Positions 55,403 to 64,000 of a DNA stretch of 64,000 bases are shown in pieces. Both the position numbers and the translations under genes were made by a program. This stretch comes from Hydrogenophaga intermedia. Its GTDB lineage: Bacteria; Pseudomonadota; Alphaproteobacteria; Sphingomonadales; Sphingomonadaceae. The stretch lies in NCBI GenBank assembly GCA_943370475.1, contig CALRRI020000027.1, positions 22 through 64,021 on the forward strand, in the 5' to 3' direction. The first letter of the stretch is position 1; each line of letters opens with the position of its first letter. The notes beneath the pieces were generated by a model. The model ran no database searches. It was not told the DNA's origin and saw only the letters and a list, made by a program, of their open reading frames with translations.

Positions 55403-56298
55403 TGCTGGGCACGTTCTTCCCCACCGGCCATGATCGCCGGTTGATCCCGCAGGCGCGGCTGACCGGGCCGATGCCTTGGGTGATTGCCGTCATGCTGTTC
55501 CTGACGCTGCTGGCGACCGCAGCCGCGCTGGCGCTGGGCAGCGCCGCGCAGCAGATCAACGCCGATCTCGCCGGACGCGCCACGGTGCAGATCGTCAACG
55601 CCGATGCGCAGGCGCGCCAGCGCCAGGCTGTGGCGGCGGAAGCAGTGCTGCGGTCGGACACAGCGGTGGCGGTGGTCACCCAGGTCAGCGAGGCCGAGGT
55701 CCGCGGGCTGCTTGCGCCGTGGCTGGGCAGCGGCGCGGTGAGCGACGATATCCCCCTGCCCGCGCTGATCGATGTCGATTTTGGCGGCAGAGCAGATCCG
55801 GCCGTGCTCGCCCGGCTGCGCAAGGCGCTGGCGAGCGCCGCGCCCGATGCGCGGATCGACGAGCACGGCCAGTGGCTGCGACCGGTGTTCGATCTGATCG
55901 CCACGCTGCGCTGGCTCGCCATCGGTCTGGTGGCGATGCTCGCGCTCGCCAGCATCGCCTCGGTGATGCTCTCGGCGCGCAGCAGCTTTGCCGCGCATGC
56001 CGAGACCATCGACATCATGCATCTGCTGGGCAGCACGCATCAGCAGATTGCGCGGCTCTTCCAGCGCCGGATCGCGCTCGACGCCGCGCTCGGTGCGCTG
56101 ATCGGTTGCCTGCTCGCCGCTCCGGTCCTGTGGTTGCTTGCCCGCACCGCTGCGCGACTCGATTCGGGGCTGGTGGCCGCCGGGTCTTTTGGACCGCTCG
56201 ACTGGCTGCTGCTTGCAACCGTGCCGATAGCGGGTATTGCGCTGGCAGTGTTTACCGCGCGCGTCACCGTCCTGCGCGCGCTCAGGAAGAAACTGTGA
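55402..56298 (+). CDS. ftsX: cell-division permease-like protein FtsX
   Basis: The ATG overlaps the ftsE TGA. The protein has four TM helices and a periplasmic loop between TM1 and TM2. The call rests on position after ftsE. Confidence 0.8.
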   Translation: MLGTFFPTGHDRRLIPQARLTGPMPWVIAVMLFLTLLATAAALALGSAAQQINADLAGRATVQIVNADAQARQRQAVAAEAVLRSDTAVAVVTQVSEAEVRGLLAPWLGSGAVSDDIPLPALIDVDFGGRADPAVLARLRKALASAAPDARIDEHGQWLRPVFDLIATLRWLAIGLVAMLALASIASVMLSARSSFAAHAETIDIMHLLGSTHQQIARLFQRRIALDAALGALIGCLLAAPVLWLLARTAARLDSGLVAAGSFGPLDWLLLATVPIAGIALAVFTARVTVLRALRKKL

Positions 56299-56825
56299 TC
56301 GTCCGCATTTTGTCATCGGTTCTGCTCGCCTGGATTCTGGGCTTTGCCTGGTTTGCGATCCTGCTGCCGCAGCCGTTGGGCGACCAGAAGACCGATGCGG
56401 TTGTGGTGCCCACCGGGGGTCCGCTGCGCATCGATCGCGGGCTGGAGGCGCTGCGCAACAAATGGGCCGACCGGATGCTGATTTCCGGCGTCGACCGCGA
56501 TGTCCGCCCCGCAGAGCTCAGCGCCCAGTATCCCGGCTCGGTCGAGCTGTTCGATTGTTGCGTGGATCTGGGCTTTCGCGCCTATGACACGCGCTCGAAT
56601 GGATTGGAGACCGCGCGGTGGGCCAAGCAGCGCAAGGTGGAATCGGTACGGCTGGTGACCACCGACTGGCACATGCGCCGCGCCGAATATGAACTGCGGC
56701 GCGCGCTGCCCGAAGGCATCCTGATCTATACCGATGCCGTACCGAGCAAACCCGGCCTGATGACGCTGTGGCGCGAGTATAACAAGCTGGTGCTGCGCTG
56801 GCTGGCGGGGCTGTTCGGGGTGTGA
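56295..56825 (+). CDS. YdcF/ElyC-like DUF218 protein
   Basis: The GTG overlaps the ftsX TGA. 'AVVVPTGGPLRIDRGLEAL...LISGV...VTTDWHMRRA' matches the DUF218 pattern. Confidence 0.8.
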   Translation: MIVRILSSVLLAWILGFAWFAILLPQPLGDQKTDAVVVPTGGPLRIDRGLEALRNKWADRMLISGVDRDVRPAELSAQYPGSVELFDCCVDLGFRAYDTRSNGLETARWAKQRKVESVRLVTTDWHMRRAEYELRRALPEGILIYTDAVPSKPGLMTLWREYNKLVLRWLAGLFGV

Positions 56826-57556
56826 TGGGAGTGCTCAGGACCCTTCTGGCCGTATTCCGGTCGATCCTGTTCACGATCGCCTTTTACGGCGGATCGGTGC
56901 CGATCGTGATCGTGGCGTTCATCGTGCTGCCGTTCTCGCGCCACCGGCTGCAGGGCATGGCGCGGGGATGGGGCATGTACCATTTCTGGTGCGCATGGGT
57001 GTTCCTGGGCATCCGTGTCCGGATCGAAGGACCAAAGCCGCAGGGACAGGTGCTGTATGCGATCAAGCACGAGAGCTTTTTCGAGACGATCGAGCTGCTG
57101 CGCATCTTCAACCGCCCCGCCGTGGTCGCCAAGATCGAGCTGTCGCGGATCCCGCTGTGGAGCCAGATCGCGCGGACCTATGGGATGATCTTCATCGATC
57201 GCGCCGGCGGTGCGGTGGCGCTGCGCAACATGATGACCGAGGTGCGCCGTTTCGTCGCCGAAGGCCGTTCGATCGTGATCTACCCCGAAGGCACCAGCAC
57301 GCCGCCGGGCGAGCAGCCCGCGCTGCAGGCGGGCTTTGCCGGACTGTACAAGCTGGCCAAGCTGCCAGTGGTCCCGATCGCGCTGGCGACGGGGCACCTG
57401 TACCCCCGGCGTGGTTTCATCAAGCGCCCGGGCACCGTCGTCTATCGCTTCGGAGAAGTCATACCTGCTGGACTCCCGCGCGAGGAGATCGAGGCGCGCG
57501 TCCATGCCGCCATCAACGTTCTCAACGATCCGGCGCGAATCGAAAACGTCAAATAA
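56822..57556 (+). CDS. plsC: 1-acyl-sn-glycerol-3-phosphate acyltransferase
   Basis: Acyltransferase blocks 'KHESFFE' (H-x4-D/E) and 'IYPEGTS'. The start GTG/ATG overlaps the ydcF stop (GTGATG). Confidence 0.85.
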   Translation: MMGVLRTLLAVFRSILFTIAFYGGSVPIVIVAFIVLPFSRHRLQGMARGWGMYHFWCAWVFLGIRVRIEGPKPQGQVLYAIKHESFFETIELLRIFNRPAVVAKIELSRIPLWSQIARTYGMIFIDRAGGAVALRNMMTEVRRFVAEGRSIVIYPEGTSTPPGEQPALQAGFAGLYKLAKLPVVPIALATGHLYPRRGFIKRPGTVVYRFGEVIPAGLPREEIEARVHAAINVLNDPARIENVK

Positions 57557-57569
57557 ATACCTGATTTTA

Positions 57570-58544
57570 TTATATAATATCGCCGGAAAGCCGCTGACAG
57601 ATCAGGTCGAGCTGATCGAGATTGCCGTAGCGAATCGTTACGCTGCCACTGCGCTGGTTCGCTTCTGCGCTGATCTTGACCTTGAGACCCAGCAGGTCCT
57701 CCAGGTGCCGCTCGACCGCCGCGATATCGGCATTGCTCTCCGAATCGCCGCCTGCCGCCTTCGCACGCGGCGCGCTGTCCGGCTTGCCCGAAGCCTCGCT
57801 TCGCGCGCGGCGGACCAGCTTCTCGACCTCGCGTACCGATAGCCCGCGATCGACCACCTCGGCTGCAATGCTCTCGGCGTCGGCAACGTTGATCAGCGCG
57901 CGGGCGTGGCCCATGCTCAGGCTGCGGTCGGCGACCATCTTGAGCACCGGCTGCGGCAGCGCGAGCAACCGCATCAGGTTGGCGATATGGCTGCGCGACT
58001 TGTCGACCATCCGGGCGACCTCGACCGGGGAATAGCCCTGATCGCCGACCAGCCGCTGATAGGCCTCGGCCTCTTCGACCGGGTTCAGATCCTCGCGCTG
58101 GATGTTCTCGATCAGCGCCAAGGCAAAGGTATCGGGGTCGCTCAGCTCGCGGATGATGGCGGGGATCTCGTGCAACCGGGCACGCTGCGCGGCGCGCCAG
58201 CGGCGTTCGCCCGCAACCAGTTCGTACCCGCCGCCCTTGCGCGGACGCACGATCACCGGCTGGATCACTCCACGCTGCGAAATCGATCGCGCCAGATCGT
58301 CGAGTGCTTCTTCATCGAAATAGCGACGCGGCTGACCGGGGTGCGGGCGAATGTCGGCGAGCTGAAGCGAGCGCAATCCGGTGATCGTTGCCGCAGGTGC
58401 CTCGGGGCTGCCGTCACGGCGCACAAGCGGTTCCTCGCGGCCCGCCTCACCCAGCAGCGCATTGAGACCCCGCCCGAGGCCCGTGGGACGCTTGCGGCCG
58501 ATGGCCTTGGCCATGTCAGGCAGATCGCTGGGGTCCTGGGCCAT
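57570..58544 (-). CDS. parB: chromosome partitioning protein ParB
   Basis: 'GLGRGLNALL' and 'QPVIVRP...YELVAGERRWRAA' ParB boxes, plus an HTH. Confidence 0.95.
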   Translation of the reverse strand: MAQDPSDLPDMAKAIGRKRPTGLGRGLNALLGEAGREEPLVRRDGSPEAPAATITGLRSLQLADIRPHPGQPRRYFDEEALDDLARSISQRGVIQPVIVRPRKGGGYELVAGERRWRAAQRARLHEIPAIIRELSDPDTFALALIENIQREDLNPVEEAEAYQRLVGDQGYSPVEVARMVDKSRSHIANLMRLLALPQPVLKMVADRSLSMGHARALINVADAESIAAEVVDRGLSVREVEKLVRRARSEASGKPDSAPRAKAAGGDSESNADIAAVERHLEDLLGLKVKISAEANQRSGSVTIRYGNLDQLDLICQRLSGDII

Positions 58545-59329
58545 CAGGCGGCTTCCTCTTCCATACGGGGCATGCGGGAAATGAATTCGCGGGCGAGCGC
58601 GATATACGCTTCGGACCCGACACAGCGGTGATCGTAGATGAGCGCAGGCATGCCATGGCTGGGCGCCTCGGACAGGCGGACGTTGCGCGGGATGACGGTA
58701 TCGAACACCAATTTGCCCAGCACCGCGCGCACATCGTCTGACACCTGATCGGTCAGCCGATTGCGCCGGTCGTACATGGTCAGCACCACGCCGATGATCG
58801 ACAGGTCAGGATTGAAACGCTGCTGTACGCGCTCGACTGTCTGGAGCAACTGGCTCAGTCCCTCGAGCGCGAAGAACTCGCACTGCAGCGGCACCAGCAC
58901 CTGGTCAGTCGCGACCAAGGCGTTGAGCGTCAGCAGGCCCAGCGACGGCGGGCAATCGATCAGGCACACCTGCCAGCGGTCCGGCGGGGCATTGTCCATC
59001 GGCGTCTTGAGACGATGGGTGCGGTGCTCCAGATCGACCATCTCGATCTCGGCGCCAGACAGATCGACCGTTGCCGGAACGATATCCAGCCCGGGGATCT
59101 GGGTGGGCACGCAGCATTGCGCCAGCGAGCAATTGTCGGTGAGCAGATCGTAGCTCGAATATTCGCGGTCGTTGCGCGCAATCCCCAGCCCGGTCGAGGC
59201 ATTGCCCTGCGGGTCGAGATCGATGAGCAGAACCGACAGCCCGGTCGCGGCGAGCGCGGTGGCCAGGTTGATCGCGGTGGTGGTCTTGCCCACCCCGCCC
59301 TTCTGATTCGCAATCGCGATGCGGATCAT
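58544..59329 (-). CDS. parA: chromosome partitioning ATPase ParA
   Basis: Deviant Walker A 'IANQKGGVGKTTTAINLA'. The stop overlaps the parB start and the start overlaps the rsmG stop (both ATGA). Confidence 0.95.
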   Translation of the reverse strand: MIRIAIANQKGGVGKTTTAINLATALAATGLSVLLIDLDPQGNASTGLGIARNDREYSSYDLLTDNCSLAQCCVPTQIPGLDIVPATVDLSGAEIEMVDLEHRTHRLKTPMDNAPPDRWQVCLIDCPPSLGLLTLNALVATDQVLVPLQCEFFALEGLSQLLQTVERVQQRFNPDLSIIGVVLTMYDRRNRLTDQVSDDVRAVLGKLVFDTVIPRNVRLSEAPSHGMPALIYDHRCVGSEAYIALAREFISRMPRMEEEAA

Positions 59330-60024
59330 GATCTGCTCCTGTGTCGGCGCGCTGGCCGATGGCGTGCGGGTTGTGGCGTTGCGAGCGGTGTAGCGCGACC
59401 GGTGCCGACAAGAATCGCCGCGTCGGGATCGGTCATGCTCTGTTCCACGTGAAACACATGCTGCCATGCTGATGACACGCTTTCCAGTTCCGCGCGCGCA
59501 TTTCGTCCCTTGGGCAGCAGCCAGCGCGTCTTTTCTGTGGAAAAGCGCTCCGCACCCTCCAGCAGTCGCGGCAGCGGAGCAAATGCGCGGGCGGAGATAT
59601 AATCGGCTTCTACTGCCGCGACACGGTCAAGCGCTGCCCCTGCAACCGTCACGCGATCCCCTAGCCCCAGATGCGCGATCGCTCTTTCGAGATAGGCGAT
59701 GCGCAGGCTGCGCGATTCGACCAGCGTCACTCGGCACGGCGCCATCAGCGCGATCACCAGCCCGGGAAAGCCCGCGCCGCTGCCAAGGTCGATCCACAGT
59801 TCGCCGGGCTGCGGATCGGCGAAGCGGAGCAGCTGCGCGCTGTCCAGGATATGCCGCTGCCACATCGTCGTCAGGGTGGCAGCCGACACCAGATTCTGGT
59901 GCTGCGCCTCGTCGACGACAAAGGCGACGAGCCGATCGAGCGCCTCCATTGTTTCACGTGAAACACCCGGCTGATAGGCGATCCAGCTGCGGGCACCGTT
60001 TTCGCTATCGATGATCAGCGGCAT
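59326..60024 (-). CDS. rsmG: 16S rRNA (guanine527-N7)-methyltransferase
   Basis: 'VSRETMEALDRLVAFV...DLGSGAGFPGLVIAL' is the GidB/RsmG pattern. Confidence 0.9.
   Translation of the reverse strand: MPLIIDSENGARSWIAYQPGVSRETMEALDRLVAFVVDEAQHQNLVSAATLTTMWQRHILDSAQLLRFADPQPGELWIDLGSGAGFPGLVIALMAPCRVTLVESRSLRIAYLERAIAHLGLGDRVTVAGAALDRVAAVEADYISARAFAPLPRLLEGAERFSTEKTRWLLPKGRNARAELESVSSAWQHVFHVEQSMTDPDAAILVGTGRATPLATPQPARHRPARRHRSRS
59441..59456. other. parS centromere-like site TGTTCCACGTGAAACA
   Basis: Matches the canonical 16-bp parS sequence known from Bacillus and Caulobacter-type systems. It lies inside the 3' part of rsmG, where it encodes VFHVEQ. Confidence 0.8.
59950..59965. other. parS centromere-like site TGTTTCACGTGAAACA (perfect palindrome)
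   Basis: A perfect 16-bp palindrome inside the 5' part of rsmG, where it encodes the VSRET motif. Confidence 0.8.
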
Positions 60025-61874
60025 CAGGCGGCGCGCTTGCGGGCGTGAACCAAGATCGCCGCCAAAGCTGCCGGAGTCACCCCGCGCACCCGCCCGGCCT
60101 CGGCCAGGGTCTCGGGCTGCGCCAGCGAAAGCCGCTCGACCATCTCGTTCGACAAGCCGGTGATCGCGCGATAGTCGATATTGCCGCCCAGCACGACGCG
60201 CTCGTTGGCGCGCAGATCGCGCAGCTCTGCCTCCTGTCGGGCAAGGTAGGGCGCGTAGACGGCATCCTCCTCGATCTCGGCGCGCAGGTCGTCGCTCAAC
60301 CCCTCGAGCTCCGATCCCAGCAGCGGCACCAGCGCCTCAAGCGAGATAGCCGGGAATCGCAGCCAGTCATACAGGCTCTGGCGACTGCCATCGGCCTTGA
60401 CCGGCAAACCGAGCGAACCGAGCTCCGCACAGCTAGTCTGTCGTTCCAGCGCGGACAGGATCCGGGCCTTGTCCGCTTGCTGCTGTTCAAACCATGCCTG
60501 GCGCTCGTTGCCCACCGCGCCATTCGACATAGCTATATCGGTCAGCCGATCCGATGCATTGTTGGCGCGGAGCCTCAGCCGGTATTCGGCACGGGCGGTG
60601 AGCATGCGATAGGGCTCGGTCACCCCCTGCAATACGAGATCGTCGATCATCACCGCGAGATAGCTGGTCGCCCGGTCGGGCAGATCGATGGCGCGGCCAA
60701 GCACAGATCCAGCGGCAGCCATGCCTGCGACCAGACCCTGTGCGGCCGCTTCCTCATAGCCGGTGGTGCCGTTGATCTGGCCCGCGCAATACAGGCCGGG
60801 GATCGCCCTCACCTCAAGCCGGTGGTCGAGCGCACGCGGATCGATATGGTCATATTCCACCGCATAGCCCGGAACGACGATCTCGGCCCACTCAAGCCCT
60901 GCCATCGAGCGGACGAAGTCTAGCTGCACGTCGGTGGGCAACGAGGTCGAAATCCCGTTGGGATAGACCAGCGGCGTGTCCAGACCTTCGGGTTCCAGAA
61001 ACACCTGGTGGCCATCGCGGTCCCCGAAGCGATGGATCTTGTCCTCGATCGAGGGGCAATAGCGCGGGCCCTGCGCGCCGATGGCACCGCTGAACATGGG
61101 CGAGCGATCGAGGTTGGCGCGGATGATATCGTGGGTTTGCTGGCTGGTCCGGGTCATCGCGCAGAATAGCTGCGGGACCGTGCGGCGCTCGGTCAGCGGC
61201 GACATCGTCCAGCGTTCGTCGTCGCTCGGCTGCTCGTCGAGCACGGCCCAATTGATCGTGCGGCCATCGATGCGCGGCGGCGTGCCCGTCTTGAGCCGCG
61301 CCATCGGAAGCTCGGCGGCGCGCAGCTGCTGTGCCAACAGGCTGGCACCCGGCTCGTCAATGCGTCCGCCTTCCAGCCTCTCCTCGCCGCGGAACAGCCG
61401 TCCGCCCAGGAACGTGCCCGTCGCCAGAACGACCGCACCGGCAGTTATCGCACCGCCATCGCCGAGAACTACGCCAGTCACCGCGCCACCCGAGAGCCGC
61501 AATGCCGCAACCTCGCCTTCGATGATCGTCAGGTTCGGCTGTGCGCCGAGCATCGTCTGCACCGCTGCCTTGTACAGCTTGCGGTCGGCCTGCACCCGCG
61601 GGCCCTGCACAGCGCTGCCCTTCGAGCTGTTGAGCATGCGATAGTGAATGGCAGCAGCATCGGCGGCGCGCGCGATCAGCCCGTCGAAGGCGTCGACCTC
61701 GCGAACCAGATGCCCCTTGCCCAGGCCACCGATCGCAGGGTTGCACGACATCGCGCCAATGGCGTCGCGCGTGAAGCTGACAAGGGCGACGCGCGCGCCC
61801 ATCCGCGCGGCCACGGCCGCCGCCTCGCACCCGGCATGACCGCCGCCGACAACCAGAACATCAAATTGCTGCAT
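60024..61874 (-). CDS. mnmG: tRNA uridine 5-carboxymethylaminomethyl modification enzyme MnmG (GidA)
   Basis: '[16 protein letters not shown]' FAD motif and full-length GidA similarity. I prefer the ATG at 61874 over 61886. Confidence 0.95.
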   Translation of the reverse strand: MQQFDVLVVGGGHAGCEAAAVAARMGARVALVSFTRDAIGAMSCNPAIGGLGKGHLVREVDAFDGLIARAADAAAIHYRMLNSSKGSAVQGPRVQADRKLYKAAVQTMLGAQPNLTIIEGEVAALRLSGGAVTGVVLGDGGAITAGAVVLATGTFLGGRLFRGEERLEGGRIDEPGASLLAQQLRAAELPMARLKTGTPPRIDGRTINWAVLDEQPSDDERWTMSPLTERRTVPQLFCAMTRTSQQTHDIIRANLDRSPMFSGAIGAQGPRYCPSIEDKIHRFGDRDGHQVFLEPEGLDTPLVYPNGISTSLPTDVQLDFVRSMAGLEWAEIVVPGYAVEYDHIDPRALDHRLEVRAIPGLYCAGQINGTTGYEEAAAQGLVAGMAAAGSVLGRAIDLPDRATSYLAVMIDDLVLQGVTEPYRMLTARAEYRLRLRANNASDRLTDIAMSNGAVGNERQAWFEQQQADKARILSALERQTSCAELGSLGLPVKADGSRQSLYDWLRFPAISLEALVPLLGSELEGLSDDLRAEIEEDAVYAPYLARQEAELRDLRANERVVLGGNIDYRAITGLSNEMVERLSLAQPETLAEAGRVRGVTPAALAAILVHARKRAA

Positions 61875-61963
61875 GTTGCCGCCCATAACGCAAAAGCCGG
61901 ATTCGGTCGAGGGCCTGGTCGCTCGGTTCAGCCGCTCTCGACGTAGGCTGCTGCCAGGCGAGG

Positions 61964-63265
61964 CTATTTGCCGATGCAGAATGCTCCGAACAGCGCGTCG
62001 AGCATGTCCTCGACATGCGTGTGGCCGAGCAGCTGATCAAGCGCGAGCCGGGCCAGCCGCAATGATTCGGCGCGCAGCAACAGGTCGCCCTCAGCCCCAG
62101 CGGACTCCAGAGCGGCTGCGCATTGCTGGAGCAGGCGGTGCTGACGCGCGTTCAGCGCCACCTCACCTGCCCCGGGCAGAAGCGTGCGGGCCGTCGCGAC
62201 CAGATCGGCGATCAGCGCCTCGATCCCCTCGCCCGTTCGCGCCGAGAGCCTGTGCCGTGCGGCACGCTTTGTTTCACGTGAAACACTCGGGAGGTCAATC
62301 TGTGCCGCAATCTCCCAAAGCGCCGGATGGTCCCCCCCTTGGCCCTCGGGACCCATCCACAACACGATATCCGCTGCCGCCATCGCATCGCGCGCGCGCG
62401 CAATGCCGATCGTCTCGATCTCCTCTGCGCCTTCGTCGCGAAGCCCTGCGGTATCGGTGAGCACGAACGGCACGCCGCCGAGCGCTACCGGAGCCTCGAT
62501 GATGTCGCGTGTGGTCCCCGCGATATCCGAGACGATCGCCGCCTCACGCTGGAGCAGCGCATTGAGCAGGGTGGATTTGCCGCTGTTGGGAGGACCCGCG
62601 AGGACCACACGGATGCCATCGCGCAGCCGTTCGGCCCGGGGACGCGAAAGCGCTGCGCGGATGTCGCCGGTCAGCGCCGAAACGCCCTGCCCGACCGTAT
62701 CGGCCACACCGGCGCCGACATCGTCCTCGTCAGAAAAATCGAGATCGGCCTCGACCAGCGCGGACAACCGCAGAACCTCATGCCGCCAGCCTTCGACCTG
62801 GCGCGACAGATGGCCGCTCGCCGTCCGGATGGCCGCGACCCGCTGCGCCTCGGTCTCCGCAAACAGCAGATCGGAAAGCCCTTCGGCTTCGGCGAGGTCA
62901 ATCCGGCCGTTCAGAAAGGCGCGACGGGTGAATTCGCCTGGCTCGGCCAGTCGAAGACCGGGCAGAGTCGCCAGGGCGCTCTCCACAGCACGGACCACCG
63001 CTCTGCCGCCATGCAGATGCAGTTCGGCCAAGTCCTCGCCGGTCGCAGTCGCAGGGCCAAGGAACCAGAGCACCACTGCCTGGTCGAGCACATCGCCGCT
63101 CGAGGGTTGACGCAATGTGCGCAACGAGGCGCGGCGCGCCGGTGGCAAGCCCCCGCAAAGCGCCATCAGCGCTGCACCAGCGTCTGGCCCGCTGATGCGG
63201 ATGATGGCCAAAGCGGCGGGCGGCGCGCCGCTCGACAGCGCGTAGATCGTTTCGCCCGCCTGCAT
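61964..63265 (-). CDS. mnmE: tRNA modification GTPase MnmE (TrmE)
   Basis: '[14 protein letters not shown]', 'DTAGLR' and the C-terminal 'FCIGK'. Confidence 0.95.
   Translation of the reverse strand: MQAGETIYALSSGAPPAALAIIRISGPDAGAALMALCGGLPPARRASLRTLRQPSSGDVLDQAVVLWFLGPATATGEDLAELHLHGGRAVVRAVESALATLPGLRLAEPGEFTRRAFLNGRIDLAEAEGLSDLLFAETEAQRVAAIRTASGHLSRQVEGWRHEVLRLSALVEADLDFSDEDDVGAGVADTVGQGVSALTGDIRAALSRPRAERLRDGIRVVLAGPPNSGKSTLLNALLQREAAIVSDIAGTTRDIIEAPVALGGVPFVLTDTAGLRDEGAEEIETIGIARARDAMAAADIVLWMGPEGQGGDHPALWEIAAQIDLPSVSRETKRAARHRLSARTGEGIEALIADLVATARTLLPGAGEVALNARQHRLLQQCAAALESAGAEGDLLLRAESLRLARLALDQLLGHTHVEDMLDALFGAFCIGK
62270..62285. other. parS centromere-like site TGTTTCACGTGAAACA (perfect palindrome)
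   Basis: Identical to the 59950 site. It lies inside mnmE, where it again encodes VSRET. Confidence 0.8.
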
Positions 63266-63279
63266 GGTTCAGAGGAAGA

Positions 63280-63534
63280 TCAATCCGACGACTTGGGCTT
63301 GCCGCTGGCGCCCGAAGCCGCAGCTTCCATGATCTGCTGGAAGAAACGCAGCCCCATCTCGCCCATCGGCGCGATATTCTTGGCAATGGTCTGCAGCTGA
63401 TCGACGTTGCTGGTGCCCTTCATCGCATTGACGACACCATCGACATAGGTCCGGTTGACATCGGACACGTCGGGCAGCCCCATGAAACGGCGCATTTCTT
63501 CGGGGGAGCAATCGACTTCGATATTCACTTTCAT
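63280..63534 (-). CDS. conserved small protein (84 aa, function unknown)
   Basis: 'MKVNIEVDCSPEEMRRFMGLPDV...' resembles a small alphaproteobacterial family that I recall as DUF6489 (unverified). It sits 14 nt upstream of mnmE on the same strand. Confidence 0.6.
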   Translation of the reverse strand: MKVNIEVDCSPEEMRRFMGLPDVSDVNRTYVDGVVNAMKGTSNVDQLQTIAKNIAPMGEMGLRFFQQIMEAAASGASGKPKSSD

Positions 63535-63650
63535 GGCATTCTACCTTGTTCCAGCGCAAAGGCCCCCAAGCCCCGGATTCACGCTTATCAGCCATGGCAA
63601 AGTGGGTATAAATGGCCACCAAAGCAATCGAATTGATGATGGAGAGCAAA

Positions 63651-64000
63651 ATGGGTTCGACGCACAGCATCCAGACCTTCGACCATGACGGCAGCTTCAA
63701 TGCCTATGTGGCAGAGCCTGCAGGCACCCCGAAAGCCGCGATCATCGTGATCCAGGAAATCTTCGGCGTCAACGAAGGCATCCGCCGCAAGTGCGACGGC
63801 TGGGCCGCGCAGGGCTATCTGGCGGTGGCGCCCGATCTGTTCTGGCGGATCAAGCCGGGCCTCGAACTCAACCCCGATGTCGAAGCCGAACTGCAGGAAG
63901 CGTTCGGTTATTTCGGCCAGTACGATCCCAATGACGGCGTGAAGGATATCGAAGCCACCATCCGCGCGATCCGTGCAGGCGTCGGCGGGCTGAGCGGCGT
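63651..64000 (+). CDS. dienelactone hydrolase family protein (partial, runs off the window)
   Basis: My own translation gives 'MGSTHSIQTFDHDGSFNAYVAEPAGTPKAAIIVIQEIFGVNEGIRRKCDGWAAQGYLAVAPDLFWR', typical of the DLH N-terminus. In-frame ATGs also occur at 63636 and 63639. Confidence 0.8.
   Translation, partial: MGSTHSIQTFDHDGSFNAYVAEPAGTPKAAIIVIQEIFGVNEGIRRKCDGWAAQGYLAVAPDLFWRIKPGLELNPDVEAELQEAFGYFGQYDPNDGVKDIEATIRAIRAGVGGLSG

Noticed and set aside
1-64000. Search for CRISPR arrays, rRNA genes, IS elements or transposases, toxin-antitoxin pairs and prophage structural genes.
   Set aside because: None seen. The only mobile-element signature is the integrase at 1517-2725. The tandem repeats found have only 2-4 copies of 11-24 nt and no spacers.

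Overview
This is a 64-kb, high-G+C chromosomal segment. The protein sequences point to an alphaproteobacterium, most likely a sphingomonad; that is inference from protein sequence only, with no search run. I can support about 55 protein genes and two tRNAs (Gln-CUG and Leu-GAG). I saw no rRNA, CRISPR array or IS element.

Layout:
- Left edge (1-2865): end of a visibly lower-GC island with a P4-type tyrosine integrase, a small abutting ORF and a membrane-anchored TIR-domain protein.
- 2.9-16.3 kb: trmB, an acyl-CoA ligase, pmbA plus a DUF4403-like lipoprotein, the formaldehyde-detoxification pair adhC-fghA with a divergent LysR regulator, a GAF/PAS hybrid histidine kinase, and maeB.
- 16.4-25.8 kb: a LuxR double-HTH protein fused to a catalytically degenerate alpha/beta-hydrolase fold, beta-oxidation genes, a cNMP-binding patatin lipase, a SemiSWEET and a deoxyinosine glycosylase.
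- 26-36.6 kb: ppx, rlmE, an MFS pump, a TonB-dependent receptor, pdeM, trhO, a desaturase and a GNAT-like protein.
- 36.7-46.2 kb: nucleotide-sugar genes (ugd, wecB, PMI, GDP-mannose pyrophosphorylase), a LytTR membrane regulator divergent from DUF2141 plus a Tat-exported carotenoid-cleavage-type oxygenase, and an MCP.
- 46.4-51.6 kb: two more TonB-dependent receptors that are tandem paralogs.
- 52.2-64 kb: a DUF2332-like protein and a zinc-ribbon/DUF3426-like protein, then ftsE-ftsX-ydcF-plsC, and the partition cluster parB-parA-rsmG-mnmG-mnmE with three consensus parS sites inside coding sequence.

Most long ORFs antisense to these genes are GC-driven shadow ORFs. I did not find a complete, clearly novel multi-gene system. 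The best follow-up candidates are:
- the LuxR::pseudo-hydrolase regulator and its upstream secreted partner;
- the TIR/integrase island edge;
- the LytTR / DUF2141 / Tat-oxygenase module;
- a 16-bp ACGT-NN-ACGT palindrome shared by two unrelated promoters;
- a ~590-bp AT-rich structured intergenic region.
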